This document shows positions 1 to 11,427 of a DNA stretch of 64,000 bases, piece by piece (positions within the stretch are counted from its first letter, which is position 1; each line of letters opens with the position of its first letter). The notes under the pieces are model-generated. The model searched no databases. It was not told where the DNA came from and saw only the letters and a list, made by a program, of their open reading frames with translations. The stretch comes from Escherichia phage KarlGJung, in the sequence record MZ501089; one strand, given 5' to 3'. The translations under genes and the position numbers were made by a program.

Positions 1-349
1 CACCGCATTCAAGGTCTCGCATCATCACCCGACGCAAAACTTCAACATCATCTTTTTTACCGTCAGTAATATATCCAGTTAATTCCTCAATTGCCGCATT
101 TCCAGTCAATTTCCGAGTAGCTAACGTGAATTCAATGAAGTCGAGCATATCTGTAAGAGTCAACATTCCAAAACTCTGGGTAGCAATACCAGGTTTAGGC
201 CATTTCTTGATATAATACTGTAACCCACGAGAATAAGTCAGACGATATACTCGTTTAAGCAATTCATTATCTTTATTCTTTTCAAGAATTGCTTGCTTCT
301 GCTTAGTTGAACCAATAGATGCTATTTCGTTCAGAATTTTAAGAATCAT
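1..349 (-). CDS. 30: DNA ligase, N-terminal part (gene runs off the window start)
   Basis: Minus-strand ORF starting at ATG 347-349 and continuing past position 1; my translation begins MILKILNEIASIGSTKQKQAILEKNKDNELLKRVY..., which matches the T4 DNA ligase N-terminus as I recall it. Not in the ORF track because truncated. Confidence 0.8.
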   Translation of the reverse strand, partial: MILKILNEIASIGSTKQKQAILEKNKDNELLKRVYRLTYSRGLQYYIKKWPKPGIATQSFGMLTLTDMLDFIEFTLATRKLTGNAAIEELTGYITDGKKDDVEVLRRVMMRDLECG

Positions 350-615
350 TGTTCATCCTTTAGAGTTTGGTTTACAGCTCTATTATAAATCAATTCATCA
401 TTAAGCTCAGTCAAAGACCTGTGGTACGTGGTTCTAACTTTATTTCCTTGCATCCAGTGCTTGACGTAAATGAAACCTTGCTCTACACATTTTTTAAAAA
501 TTCGTTCGTCTTTTTGAGCTCGGAATTCTGGATTGCATCTAAAAAATTGATTTACGTGACCGTAATCACGTGTAGTATTACCTTCATTTTCATAAATAGT
601 GTGAACGACAAACAT
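346..615 (-). CDS. hypothetical protein (89 aa)
   Basis: ORF track; ATG start; stop overlaps the ligase start. Sits where the T4 30.x small genes lie. Confidence 0.45.
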   Translation of the reverse strand: MFVVHTIYENEGNTTRDYGHVNQFFRCNPEFRAQKDERIFKKCVEQGFIYVKHWMQGNKVRTTYHRSLTELNDELIYNRAVNQTLKDEQ

Positions 616-1451
616 TAGAATGCTCCTTGGAAAATATTATCACCACTAGTAGGTCTATTATACAAATACTCTATGCCACCAGGTTTAATATAGTTCCATG
701 TCTGAAACGGATGTGTCTGATATGGATGATATGGATTATAAGGATTAAATCCAGGAGTTCTCCAGGTAGTGTTCCAACGAAAAGAATCATTTTTAATCAT
801 CTTTTCAATTACATCTTTTATAGCTTTTTCACTATCAAAACTTTCTTTATTTTCCTTTGGTGAAAAAAGCTTATTCTCTACATCGTTCCATGTATAAACT
901 CGCTGAGCGGTTTTTGGAATACTGTCACGTTCCCCTCGAGCCATCCAATACACAGGAACACGTAATATTTCACTCGCATGATCGCAGTGGTGAGCGAGAT
1001 CGTCAATATAACAAATTACGTTATATTTCTCTTTTGCCTTTTTGAACAACTCTTCTTTTGAAGAATCATGACCACACATCATTACTTCTGAGAAGGCACC
1101 AGGAAAAAGAGCATTCAAATTAAATTGACGATTCAGCAGAGCGTCAATAGAATCACCCAATGCTGTAACAGCTACAAAATTATAATCTTCTTTTAATTTG
1201 TTAATTACACACAGGGCATCTTTATATGGAGACAAGTAACGAATAAAATCTGAACGATTGTATTTTTCAATTAGCTTAACGCCAAGCTCTTCATCGCAAT
1301 TAAATAGTTTACCTGGAGAGATAAATTTCTCATCTTGGATCATTTTTAAAATATGTTCCAACGGAAGATTATATTTCTGAGCAAAATAAGGAAGACCTGA
1401 TTGCCAGCTTAAACATACTCCATCAATATCAGTTAAAATAGTAGGCTTCAT
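615..1451 (-). CDS. HAD-like hydrolase-fold protein (278 aa)
   Basis: ORF track; N-terminal DIDGV motif typical of HAD phosphatases; ATGA overlap with the upstream gene. Confidence 0.5.
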   Translation of the reverse strand: MKPTILTDIDGVCLSWQSGLPYFAQKYNLPLEHILKMIQDEKFISPGKLFNCDEELGVKLIEKYNRSDFIRYLSPYKDALCVINKLKEDYNFVAVTALGDSIDALLNRQFNLNALFPGAFSEVMMCGHDSSKEELFKKAKEKYNVICYIDDLAHHCDHASEILRVPVYWMARGERDSIPKTAQRVYTWNDVENKLFSPKENKESFDSEKAIKDVIEKMIKNDSFRWNTTWRTPGFNPYNPYHPYQTHPFQTWNYIKPGGIEYLYNRPTSGDNIFQGAF

Positions 1452-1906
1452 AGAGAGTCTCTTAATAGGTTTAACACATCAATAAATTCAGCTTCGGTTA
1501 GTATTGTATCATCTTTTGTTAGACCACTAGCCATGCTGTGCTTCAAAACTTTTCCTTTCGAGGCTTGTAATGCATCACGAAAGCCCTTGTTTTGGATCGC
1601 TGCTTCAAAATATGCATTTGTGTATAATTCTTTCCACGCCGGGGAGTATCTTGAAAACGGAACTCCAAGCCAGAAGAGGGTCCCACGGTCCTGAGCTCTA
1701 GCATAAGACCTTCCAGCTTGTTGGGCGGCAAGCCCGGATAACCCAAATATACGACGTTGTTGTTCAACATTTTTCACCTTACACCCTTGGAGGAATCCTT
1801 CAAGACCTCCAAATTGAATACCATCCATAACGAAAGGCCATTGGGCGAAATTACTTAATGCACATGATGGCCACCTAAAATTACTTCTAATCTCTAACTC
1901 AGACAT
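1448..1906 (-). CDS. NADAR (YbiA-like) domain protein
   Basis: ORF track frame, start trimmed to first ATG (track start is TTG). N-terminal segment LSNFAQWPFVMDGIQF resembles the FSNFAAWPIKVDGKTW signature of E. coli YbiA as I recall it. Confidence 0.5.
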   Translation of the reverse strand: MSELEIRSNFRWPSCALSNFAQWPFVMDGIQFGGLEGFLQGCKVKNVEQQRRIFGLSGLAAQQAGRSYARAQDRGTLFWLGVPFSRYSPAWKELYTNAYFEAAIQNKGFRDALQASKGKVLKHSMASGLTKDDTILTEAEFIDVLNLLRDSL

Positions 1907-2105
1907 TTTCAATGCTTATAATTTCAACATCAGCCCAATGACCATAGCAAGGAAGACGAAATTCAACTGGCCAGTTAGGGTCCTTTTCTAATATAATAGA
2001 CTTAACTTGTGGTTCTTCGTGTTCATCAGTATACGGATTTTTATCTGTTACTTTATATGTGACCTTAATGTACTGAATTCCAAAAATCTTATTAATTATA
2101 TTCAT
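1899..2105 (-). CDS. hypothetical protein (68 aa)
   Basis: ORF track; ATG start; tightly packed in a minus-strand operon. Confidence 0.4.
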   Translation of the reverse strand: MNIINKIFGIQYIKVTYKVTDKNPYTDEHEEPQVKSIILEKDPNWPVEFRLPCYGHWADVEIISIENV

Positions 2106-2299
2106 ACTAATTCCTTTAATCCGTAGATAGGAGATAATTCATCACCCATACGAAGGTCTTCATTTCCATCTACCCAGGAAACAATATAAGCCTCTTTTAT
2201 TTGAATACCACTCCATTTAAATGGAGGTAGAACCTTAGAAATTAATCCAGGTATACCAACTCCCTTTAATTCAACGGTTTGACCTAAAAAGAATTTCAT
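2102..2299 (-). CDS. hypothetical protein (65 aa)
   Basis: ORF track; ATG start; ATGA overlap with the upstream gene. Confidence 0.4.
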   Translation of the reverse strand: MKFFLGQTVELKGVGIPGLISKVLPPFKWSGIQIKEAYIVSWVDGNEDLRMGDELSPIYGLKELV

Positions 2300-2586
2300 T
2301 AAAACCTCATCTGAAAACCATGCGATTTAACGTTACCACCGCCAATATCAGAAATATTAATTTCACGCGCAATTGAAGGGTCAATGTCAATTTCACGATT
2401 GAGTTTAGTGATAGCTAAAGTATCGCGCCCATTTACAGTACGGAACTCTAAAGGACAAACCACATCAACGTAGTTTTTAATCGATTCACTAGTAGGCTGC
2501 AAATGAGCAGGAAGGTCTTTAGGCGCCTTTGAGAAAACCACTTCACAGAAATTTTTGCGGGTATCAAAATAAGTAGTCATAAACAT
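2299..2586 (-). CDS. hypothetical protein (95 aa)
   Basis: ORF track; ATG start preceded by GAGG and an upstream UUCG hairpin. Confidence 0.45.
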   Translation of the reverse strand: MFMTTYFDTRKNFCEVVFSKAPKDLPAHLQPTSESIKNYVDVVCPLEFRTVNGRDTLAITKLNREIDIDPSIAREINISDIGGGNVKSHGFQMRF

Positions 2587-2605
2587 AATATTTTCCTCAG
2601 TAAGG

Positions 2606-2622
2606 GGCCGAAGCCCCTCATT
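2606..2622 (-). other. intercistronic UUCG-tetraloop hairpin just 5' of a ribosome-binding site
   Basis: Minus-sense GAGGGGC-UUCG-GCCCCUU, then GAGG Shine-Dalgarno and ATG at 2586. Confidence 0.5.
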
Positions 2623-2628
2623 TTATTT

Positions 2629-2994
2629 TTAAATATCAAATTCGTTAAGAACTACATCAAAGATTGCTTCCAAGTGCTCAGGTTTAGCTTTGTTACTCAG
2701 AATATGACGAATCCAAGTTTTAACTAAGAGTTTACGATTAGCACCATTCCAGCAAGGATGAGTCCCTAAATCGCGTTGGCGGAAATCATCATCCAGAGCG
2801 ATTTTGAAGTTGGAACCTTTCATCGTGATTGAAACCGTGATACCGTTTTCAAATCGCATATAAACGTAGTTAGGAGTCATATACTGTTCAATTTCGCATA
2901 CTGATCCGTTTTGATGTTTCCAGAGGCAAATAGTATCAATAGAACCTGCAATACCATTAGAAACATATTTACGTTCAAAGTTGATGTAGTTCAT
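2629..2994 (-). CDS. hypothetical protein (about 121 aa)
   Basis: ORF track frame; trimmed to ATG (MNYINF...) with GGAG Shine-Dalgarno; track start is TTG. Confidence 0.45.
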   Translation of the reverse strand: MNYINFERKYVSNGIAGSIDTICLWKHQNGSVCEIEQYMTPNYVYMRFENGITVSITMKGSNFKIALDDDFRQRDLGTHPCWNGANRKLLVKTWIRHILSNKAKPEHLEAIFDVVLNEFDI

Positions 2995-3061
2995 TTTATT
3001 CTCCAAGATGTTTAATTGCGGTACAGGTATATAATATCATATCCTGTACCAAAGTAAACAA

Positions 3062-3394
3062 TTATTTTACTACTTTCCAATGCTGCATGTCAAGTTTACC
3101 AACTTTTTTCATCTTCTCAATTAAGCGTTCTGCACGTTGGCGAGCTGTAACATAATGCCATTCGCCTAATTCATTTTGTTCAATTTTTCCAACGATTACT
3201 GTATTCAATTCATAAATCCAACCAGTAAAGAAATTATGAACTTGAATTGTAAAGGTGAAATCTGTTCCCATACCTTCTGTTGTTTCTACTTCAATAATAT
3301 CACCTTCAACTGCCATTAAGAACCACATAGTTTCATTATATTTACCATTGAAGCATTTAGTTTTAACTGCAGCGTTCAGATTAATCGTTTTCAT
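3062..3394 (-). CDS. hypothetical protein (110 aa)
   Basis: ORF track; ATG start with AAGGAG Shine-Dalgarno; early-type promoter directly upstream. Confidence 0.5.
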   Translation of the reverse strand: MKTINLNAAVKTKCFNGKYNETMWFLMAVEGDIIEVETTEGMGTDFTFTIQVHNFFTGWIYELNTVIVGKIEQNELGEWHYVTARQRAERLIEKMKKVGKLDMQHWKVVK

Positions 3395-3418
3395 TTTATT
3401 CTCCTTTGTTTGTGTAAG

Positions 3419-3452
3419 ATAATACTATCACAAAGGAACTATACTGTAAACA
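3419..3452 (-). promoter_or_regulatory. early (sigma-70-type) promoter
   Basis: Minus-sense GTTTAC, 18-nt spacer, TAGTAT(TAT); about 25 nt upstream of the ATG at 3394. Confidence 0.55.
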
Positions 3453-3470
3453 ACTTTATGCAATCTTTGG

Positions 3471-3499
3471 AAAATAAAAAAGGACTCCCGAAGGAGTCC
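3471..3499 (-). terminator. Rho-independent terminator (UUCG hairpin plus U-run)
   Basis: Minus-sense GGACUCC-UUCG-GGAGUCC followed by UUUUUUAUUUU. Confidence 0.65.
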
Positions 3500-3504
3500 T
3501 CAAC

Positions 3505-3681
3505 TTATGCTTTCTGCTTACCAAAACGAGAAGCATCATCTCGAAGAACCGCACGTGCTCGGCGCATGATCTTCTCAACAGTTTGATTGATACGAGAGTT
3601 CGACCCACGCTTGTAACCAGCGCGTTTAGAATCACCAACTTTCTTTTCAACTGCTTTCTTTGCTTTAACTTGTTTTGCCAT
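3505..3681 (-). CDS. small basic protein (about 58 aa)
   Basis: ORF track frame trimmed to MAKQVKAKKAVEKK...; lysine/arginine-rich; followed by a UUCG terminator hairpin. Start choice uncertain. Confidence 0.4.
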   Translation of the reverse strand: MAKQVKAKKAVEKKVGDSKRAGYKRGSNSRINQTVEKIMRRARAVLRDDASRFGKQKA

Positions 3682-3970
3682 TATAAATTCTCTTTTAAAT
3701 GAAAATGCAGGACTTATTGGCATTGCCTGCGCAAGCCCTCAAAGGGGTACTTAGGTTTTGAATATTTACCGACAGGATAACCATAAACCTCGTCATCATA
3801 CCACCAAGACTTACACAGATAACACTTTTCTGACGCATGATAGTAACATTCAAGAGGTACACCATAAAACTGCCGGGGTCTTAAAACTATAATGATTCGC
3901 AAATCATTAATCAGACAGTTCGATGGCTCCTCGATTTTAGCTCACACTAAGGCAGTGAATCTCCAATAAA

Positions 3971-4219
3971 TTACTTCAATGTTACCACAAAGTGACGAAC
4001 TGCTTTTCGTGCAGCAGAAGCCAGAGGCTTAGCATACTTAAGTTCATCTTTTTCCTGAAGCTCAGCAGCTAATGCAGTTTGAGCAGGATTCAGATGTTTG
4101 AAATAACGCAGGATTTCAAGAGCTTCGGCTTCAACATCAATAGATGCGCCATAGTTTTCGTGACCATTATTCCATGCGTTTCGTTGCAGTTCAAGAGCGT
4201 GTTGTAATTGTTTAATCAT
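3971..4219 (-). CDS. rIII: rIII lysis-inhibition accessory protein (82 aa)
   Basis: 82-aa ORF immediately upstream of gene 31, matching T4 rIII size and position; ATG start. Confidence 0.6.
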   Translation of the reverse strand: MIKQLQHALELQRNAWNNGHENYGASIDVEAEALEILRYFKHLNPAQTALAAELQEKDELKYAKPLASAARKAVRHFVVTLK

Positions 4220-4345
4220 TTAAAAATTCTCGTTAGAGATTAAAACTCGGTAGTCACGTTCTTCTGAATTTCATCTTCTTTCGACAGATCTCTCAGTTGT
4301 AGACTACCACATAGAATTGAAACTCAATTCATATTATTATTTATA

Positions 4346-4681
4346 TCACTTATAAAGACACGGAATAGCTTTATAGTGACAAGTAACGAATTTTTGTTTA
4401 ATTTCTTTTGGCTGCTTAAGACCCAGAGCTACAAAAGGATGCGGAACATTTCGAATTTGACCAACTGGAAGAGAAGTCAAATCGCCAACTTCGCAGAAAC
4501 CTTCAGGAACATCAGGACCAACAGAGTGAACTACACACAGTTCAGGAACTTCACCTTGAACACGTTTACCGATAATAAGTCCTGATTCTGTAACTTCTTC
4601 ATCACCGGCTTGTGCAGGTTCAGAAACTAAAATAACATATTCACCGACAGCACGAATTGGTAGCTGTTGTACTTCAGACAT
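4346..4681 (-). CDS. 31: gp31 co-chaperonin (GroES-like)
   Basis: 111-aa ORF starting [30 protein letters not shown]..., matching T4 gp31 in length and sequence as I recall it. Confidence 0.88.
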
Positions 4682-4737
4682 CGTTTTTCCTTTTTGTTAA
4701 CAGATGAATTAATAATAACAAATAATTCTTAAAGCAT

Positions 4738-5046
4738 TTATTTACCAATAAATTGAAGCAAATGCTCAACTTTCATACCATTAACAGAAATCAATTTGTC
4801 AATAGAAAAACCTCGCCATGCACCAAGCTCAACATCAAACACTGGAATCATGTCAGTAGATTCTTTCCGAGTAGATTCAGTCAATTTACCAGTTTGCATG
4901 GTTGGCATAAAGTCTGCATCACGAGTACCTTTCATAGTACGAATAGTACCATCAGACTTTTCAAAAACTACGTTTGAAACACCCATGGACAATTTAGTTT
5001 TCAAAATTTCACGAATTGCTACTTTCTGCTCAGTTGTCAGTTTCAT
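4738..5046 (-). CDS. hypothetical protein (102 aa)
   Basis: ORF track; ATG start; between gene 31 and cd. Confidence 0.45.
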   Translation of the reverse strand: MKLTTEQKVAIREILKTKLSMGVSNVVFEKSDGTIRTMKGTRDADFMPTMQTGKLTESTRKESTDMIPVFDVELGAWRGFSIDKLISVNGMKVEHLLQFIGK

Positions 5047-5283
5047 TTATTTACCTATTACAGTTTTAATATGAGTTGTTCCACGTTCTTTAAGGGTGGA
5101 AAGTAATTTTTGGCATTTTTCTAAATCAGATTTCCAACTATATGGTCTATCAATACTAGTCCAATCAGTTTTATAATACTGTTTCCATTTAGAGAAAAAA
5201 TATTTCTTATACTCTACAGCAAATGAGATGTTCTCGTTAGAATAAGAACTAATTGCTGTGAGCTTTACCAAACGAAATTTCAT
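5047..5283 (-). CDS. hypothetical protein (78 aa)
   Basis: ORF track; ATG start. Confidence 0.4.
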   Translation of the reverse strand: MKFRLVKLTAISSYSNENISFAVEYKKYFFSKWKQYYKTDWTSIDRPYSWKSDLEKCQKLLSTLKERGTTHIKTVIGK

Positions 5284-5864
5284 TATTCACCACAGAATTC
5301 GTTGATATTTTCCCAGTTTAACTTATTCAAGTTTTTCTTGGGAACATTAAACACTTCAATACCTGCATTTCGCAGAATATCATCCCAGCCAGGTTTATTT
5401 TTATCATATGTTTCGCAATAAACCAGCTTTTTAATACCAGATTGAGCTATCGCTTTTGCGCAATCTGGACAAGGAGAAAGTGTTACATACATAGTAGCAC
5501 CTTCAATAGAAGAACCATTTCGTGCAGCAAACAAAATTGCATTTAGTTCAGCATGAATTTCATTTTTAGACGACCATTCAGAGTGAGCGCTACGGTGTTC
5601 TTTCGCCAAGACAAAGCGATCAGTTGAACCAAATGATACGCATTCAGGCTTATGGCCTTGGATGATAGTATGTTTAGGTTTATTCAGCAACCAACCTTGC
5701 TCAGCGGCATAATCACAACAGTTCACACCTCCTGCGGGTGAACCGTTATACCCAGTAGAAATAATACGTCCATTCTTTTCAATTACTGCTCCTACCTTCC
5801 AGGAGCAACATTTTGATTCTTGTGATACTAAATATGCAATTTGAAGTACTGTACTCGCTTTCAT
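5283..5864 (-). CDS. cd: dCMP deaminase
   Basis: 193-aa ORF with the zinc-binding deaminase signature HAELNAI ... SPCPDCAKAI; matches T4 Cd length. Confidence 0.9.
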   Translation of the reverse strand: MKASTVLQIAYLVSQESKCCSWKVGAVIEKNGRIISTGYNGSPAGGVNCCDYAAEQGWLLNKPKHTIIQGHKPECVSFGSTDRFVLAKEHRSAHSEWSSKNEIHAELNAILFAARNGSSIEGATMYVTLSPCPDCAKAIAQSGIKKLVYCETYDKNKPGWDDILRNAGIEVFNVPKKNLNKLNWENINEFCGE

Positions 5865-6199
5865 TTCATAATCACCAGATAAGCAGATTTAGCAGTTTCA
5901 ACACGATAAATTTCATGACGAAGTTTAGTTATACTTTTAATAACAGAACTAATTATATTCTGTCCGTCTTTAAAGCGGTTTTTCTTATCAATAAAAATTG
6001 CGCCAACCATCTTTTTGTGAAGCTCAACTGGATACTTCGTCACAATAATAGCATCATATACAGAAGGATGAATACTATTTACTAGAGTGTCATTCATTAA
6101 AGTTATTCTAATGAACTGTGCTGTTTCAGAGTCAAGCGCTCTATGATCGCCAGTATCATTTTCAAGACAATTATCAATTATATCAGTTAAATTCATCAT
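5861..6199 (-). CDS. hypothetical protein (112 aa)
   Basis: ORF track; ATG start; overlaps the cd start (translational coupling). Confidence 0.45.
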   Translation of the reverse strand: MMNLTDIIDNCLENDTGDHRALDSETAQFIRITLMNDTLVNSIHPSVYDAIIVTKYPVELHKKMVGAIFIDKKNRFKDGQNIISSVIKSITKLRHEIYRVETAKSAYLVIMK

Positions 6200-6435
6200 A
6201 GTACGCCATACACCCTTTGTGCTTCAACTAATCCATCAAAATCCAGTTTAAGATGCGATATTTGATCGCCATCACCTGGATTCACAATTACTAATACTGA
6301 ACGAGGAGTTTCGGTAATAACACGAACCGATGTTTCAGGAAATCGTTCAGAAACCTTATTTACCAATTCCTGAGCAAATAGTTTAACTTTTTCTTGGAAT
6401 TCTTTAACAGTAATTGGTTTTTCACTTAGCAGCAT
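6196..6435 (-). CDS. hypothetical protein (about 79 aa)
   Basis: ORF track frame trimmed to the ATG (MLLSEKP...) with GAGGA Shine-Dalgarno, because an early promoter lies inside the track's extended N-terminus. Confidence 0.4.
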   Translation of the reverse strand: MLLSEKPITVKEFQEKVKLFAQELVNKVSERFPETSVRVITETPRSVLVIVNPGDGDQISHLKLDFDGLVEAQRVYGVL

Positions 6436-6461
6436 TTTGTTTTCCTCATTTGTTTGGTAGA

Positions 6462-6495
6462 GCCATAATATCACAACTCTACCGTAAAGTAAACT
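6462..6495 (-). promoter_or_regulatory. early promoter
   Basis: Minus-sense (A)GTTTAC, 18 nt, TATTAT. Confidence 0.5.
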
Positions 6496-6496
6496 A

Positions 6497-6772
6497 TTAA
6501 ATCGCTTTGAATTCCGCAGTTTGAGATTCAAAGCGAATGTCGCCTTTGATAACTAACTCAGCATCAAGACCGAATACGACAATGATATGCGCGGAACCTG
6601 GATACAGCGTAATGGCAACAGAATCCACCTGGTCTGGAAGCAAAGTGTTTAATACATGAGTCACTTGAGCATGGATTCGAAGCTCGGCTGCGTTATCAAG
6701 CTTTTCAAACATATTATTAGCGATAATTTGACTAAACACTACTTCTACGATTTTAGAATAAGTCGGAAACAT
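6497..6772 (-). CDS. hypothetical protein (91 aa)
   Basis: ORF track; ATG start. Confidence 0.45.
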   Translation of the reverse strand: MFPTYSKIVEVVFSQIIANNMFEKLDNAAELRIHAQVTHVLNTLLPDQVDSVAITLYPGSAHIIVVFGLDAELVIKGDIRFESQTAEFKAI

Positions 6773-6774
6773 AT

Positions 6775-6975
6775 TTACCTCACATAATTTTCTTCAAGCC
6801 AATCAATAACATCCAAAGCGTTATCAAAAGTTGAACCATCTACTTTGTCTTCTGTTTCATAATCAAGAACATCTAAGCCTACTCTTCCGTCAACAATAGG
6901 CCATAAACAAAATAGATATTTCTTTTCTTTTTCAATTTTATCACAAAGACGATAAATCTTTTCTATGTTATTCAT
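6775..6975 (-). CDS. hypothetical protein (66 aa)
   Basis: ORF track; ATG start. Confidence 0.4.
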   Translation of the reverse strand: MNNIEKIYRLCDKIEKEKKYLFCLWPIVDGRVGLDVLDYETEDKVDGSTFDNALDVIDWLEENYVR

Positions 6976-7164
6976 AAGTTTTCCATGGTAAAGGCAGTTT
7001 AGTTTTCTTTACTGTTAGTTCAACATCAGGATTCTTTTCTCTCAATTTAAGACATTCCTCCCAAGCTCTGATTTCACTAGTGAATACACAAAATTGCCCA
7101 TTACTAGTACCGACTAAACCACTATTTACAATAATAATAGCCCAAGTTTCATGATGCCACGCCA

Positions 7165-7165
<1 letters not shown>
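6968..7165 (-). CDS. hypothetical protein (65 aa)
   Basis: ORF track; ATG start. Confidence 0.4.
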
Positions 7166-8377
<1,212 letters not shown>

Positions 8378-8381
<4 letters not shown>

Positions 8382-8608
8382 TTATTTTTCTCAACTAATG
8401 ATTGAATATAATCATGCAGATCTTTAGATGCCTTACCCCACTTATTTTGATATTCATTTTTAAGATTAGCACGTGATTGAGCTAATAAAACATCATTAGT
8501 TGGAGGTAAAGATTCTAACCGCTGAATTTGGCGTCCATAAATCATTGCAGCCATCTCGGATTCATAAATCAATCCTTTGAGATGTTCAAATTGATGCCAT
8601 GAAATCAT
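8378..8608 (-). CDS. hypothetical protein (76 aa)
   Basis: ORF track; ATG start. Confidence 0.4.
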
Positions 8609-8904
8609 TTACATTTATCCTCTTTTAACTCTTGACGATAATAACATATCATAGTTTTCTGGTCATGTACATATCGTTTTACATCATTAAGCCAAATACG
8701 AAATTCCTGAGAATCTTCAAATGGCATACCTACCCAAGCTTTACCATCAATAACTTTAACTTGCCAAGATAGTTTAGCTTCGTCATATGACTTTATTTGC
8801 ACAGGCCAATTAGGATGAACTGTTTCTTTCTTTACTTCTAGAGGCTTTGTCGAACAACCAACTAGAAGACCAATAGATAATATTACTGCTGATAGTTTAA
8901 TCAT
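8605..8904 (-). CDS. outer-membrane lipoprotein, candidate o-spanin
   Basis: Signal peptide ending in the lipobox LLVGC|S; 99 aa; immediately downstream of the candidate i-spanin; position matches T4 pseT.2. Confidence 0.5.
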   Translation of the reverse strand: MIKLSAVILSIGLLVGCSTKPLEVKKETVHPNWPVQIKSYDEAKLSWQVKVIDGKAWVGMPFEDSQEFRIWLNDVKRYVHDQKTMICYYRQELKEDKCK

Positions 8905-9254
8905 TTAGAAAGGTCCTGGATGTCTTCTGCGAACTTGTTGAAGGAGTTGTTGATTTGTTTTTCAACCAATCCTGGCTTATGAGCCACCACATCCGCCTTC
9001 TTTGCGTCTTTGCGCAGTTTTTCATTTTCACGCTCAATAGCAGCAATTGCCTCACGATTTTTATTATTCATCGCATCAATATAATTATACTGAATTCGCA
9101 AATTATTTAATGCTAAGGCGTTTTCATTGGCCGTTTTTGTAATTTCAGTAACCGATGTTTCTAATCTTTCTACCTTATTTTTTAAAATAATAGATGTTCC
9201 ACCAAATACTATTACAAGTAATAGCAAACCTGCTGTCGTATTACTTAATTGCAT
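8901..9254 (-). CDS. candidate i-spanin (N-terminal TM helix plus coiled coil)
   Basis: N-terminal hydrophobic helix (AGLLLLVIVFGGTSIIL) followed by a charged, helical-looking region; position matches T4 pseT.3. Confidence 0.5.
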   Translation of the reverse strand: MQLSNTTAGLLLLVIVFGGTSIILKNKVERLETSVTEITKTANENALALNNLRIQYNYIDAMNNKNREAIAAIERENEKLRKDAKKADVVAHKPGLVEKQINNSFNKFAEDIQDLSK

Positions 9255-9751
9255 AAAGTTTTAATAACCTCTATAATATCGTCTTGAGAAAGACCGTTAA
9301 TTAAAATATGATGTTCCGCCGGAGATTTAGAAATTTTAAAGCATGCCGCAACATCTTCTGCCATATCCGATGCGCTACGATTTGGATTACTAATTCCAAG
9401 ACGATGTTTTCCCGTTAAAGGATTAACGATAATATAGCATTTACAGCTATTGATATGAACATTAGGTTGAGTCTGATTAATGAACACTTCACAATCATAC
9501 TTAGCGAGTTGATTTTCTAAAAAGACTTTCATCTCTTCAACCGCATCAGGAAGCATATCACGGGCTTGCTCAAGACGACGATTTCGATATTCTTTAATGG
9601 TCGTTTTCCGCTTGACTTGCTTAGCTAAATCTTTCTTAAGATCGGTGATATATCCAACTCGACGATTTCCTTTAAATACAGAAATCCCATCTGTAGTATC
9701 ACCGTATGCTTCAACGACCATTTCAGTAGTAATAAGTTGTAAATCCATCAT
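9245..9751 (-). CDS. alc: Alc, inhibitor of host transcription on cytosine DNA
   Basis: 167/168-aa ORF directly downstream of rnlA, as in T4; two adjacent ATG starts (true start may be 9748). Confidence 0.65.
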   Translation of the reverse strand: MMDLQLITTEMVVEAYGDTTDGISVFKGNRRVGYITDLKKDLAKQVKRKTTIKEYRNRRLEQARDMLPDAVEEMKVFLENQLAKYDCEVFINQTQPNVHINSCKCYIIVNPLTGKHRLGISNPNRSASDMAEDVAACFKISKSPAEHHILINGLSQDDIIEVIKTLCN

Positions 9752-9812
9752 AAAGTCCTCATGTTATGTCAGTAAGACTACTGTAACACAACACGAGGGA
9801 CTTGTAAACAGC

Positions 9813-11400
<1,588 letters not shown>

Positions 11401-11408
11401 AATAAAAT

Positions 11409-11422
11409 GGGCCTTGCGGCCC
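11409..11422 (-). other. GNRA-tetraloop hairpin between the Shine-Dalgarno and start codon of denA
   Basis: Minus-sense UAAGGAG-U-GGGCC-GCAA-GGCCC-AUUUUAUU-AUG. Confidence 0.5.
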
Positions 11423-11427
11423 ACTCC

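Noticed and set aside
3456-3650. 64-aa minus-strand ORF overlapping ORF 3505..3681 in another frame
   Set aside because: It overlaps a better-supported ORF and the terminator hairpin; likely spurious.
3714-3902. 62-aa minus-strand ORF with TTG start
   Set aside because: No ATG in the frame and no clear ribosome-binding site; kept out of the feature list.
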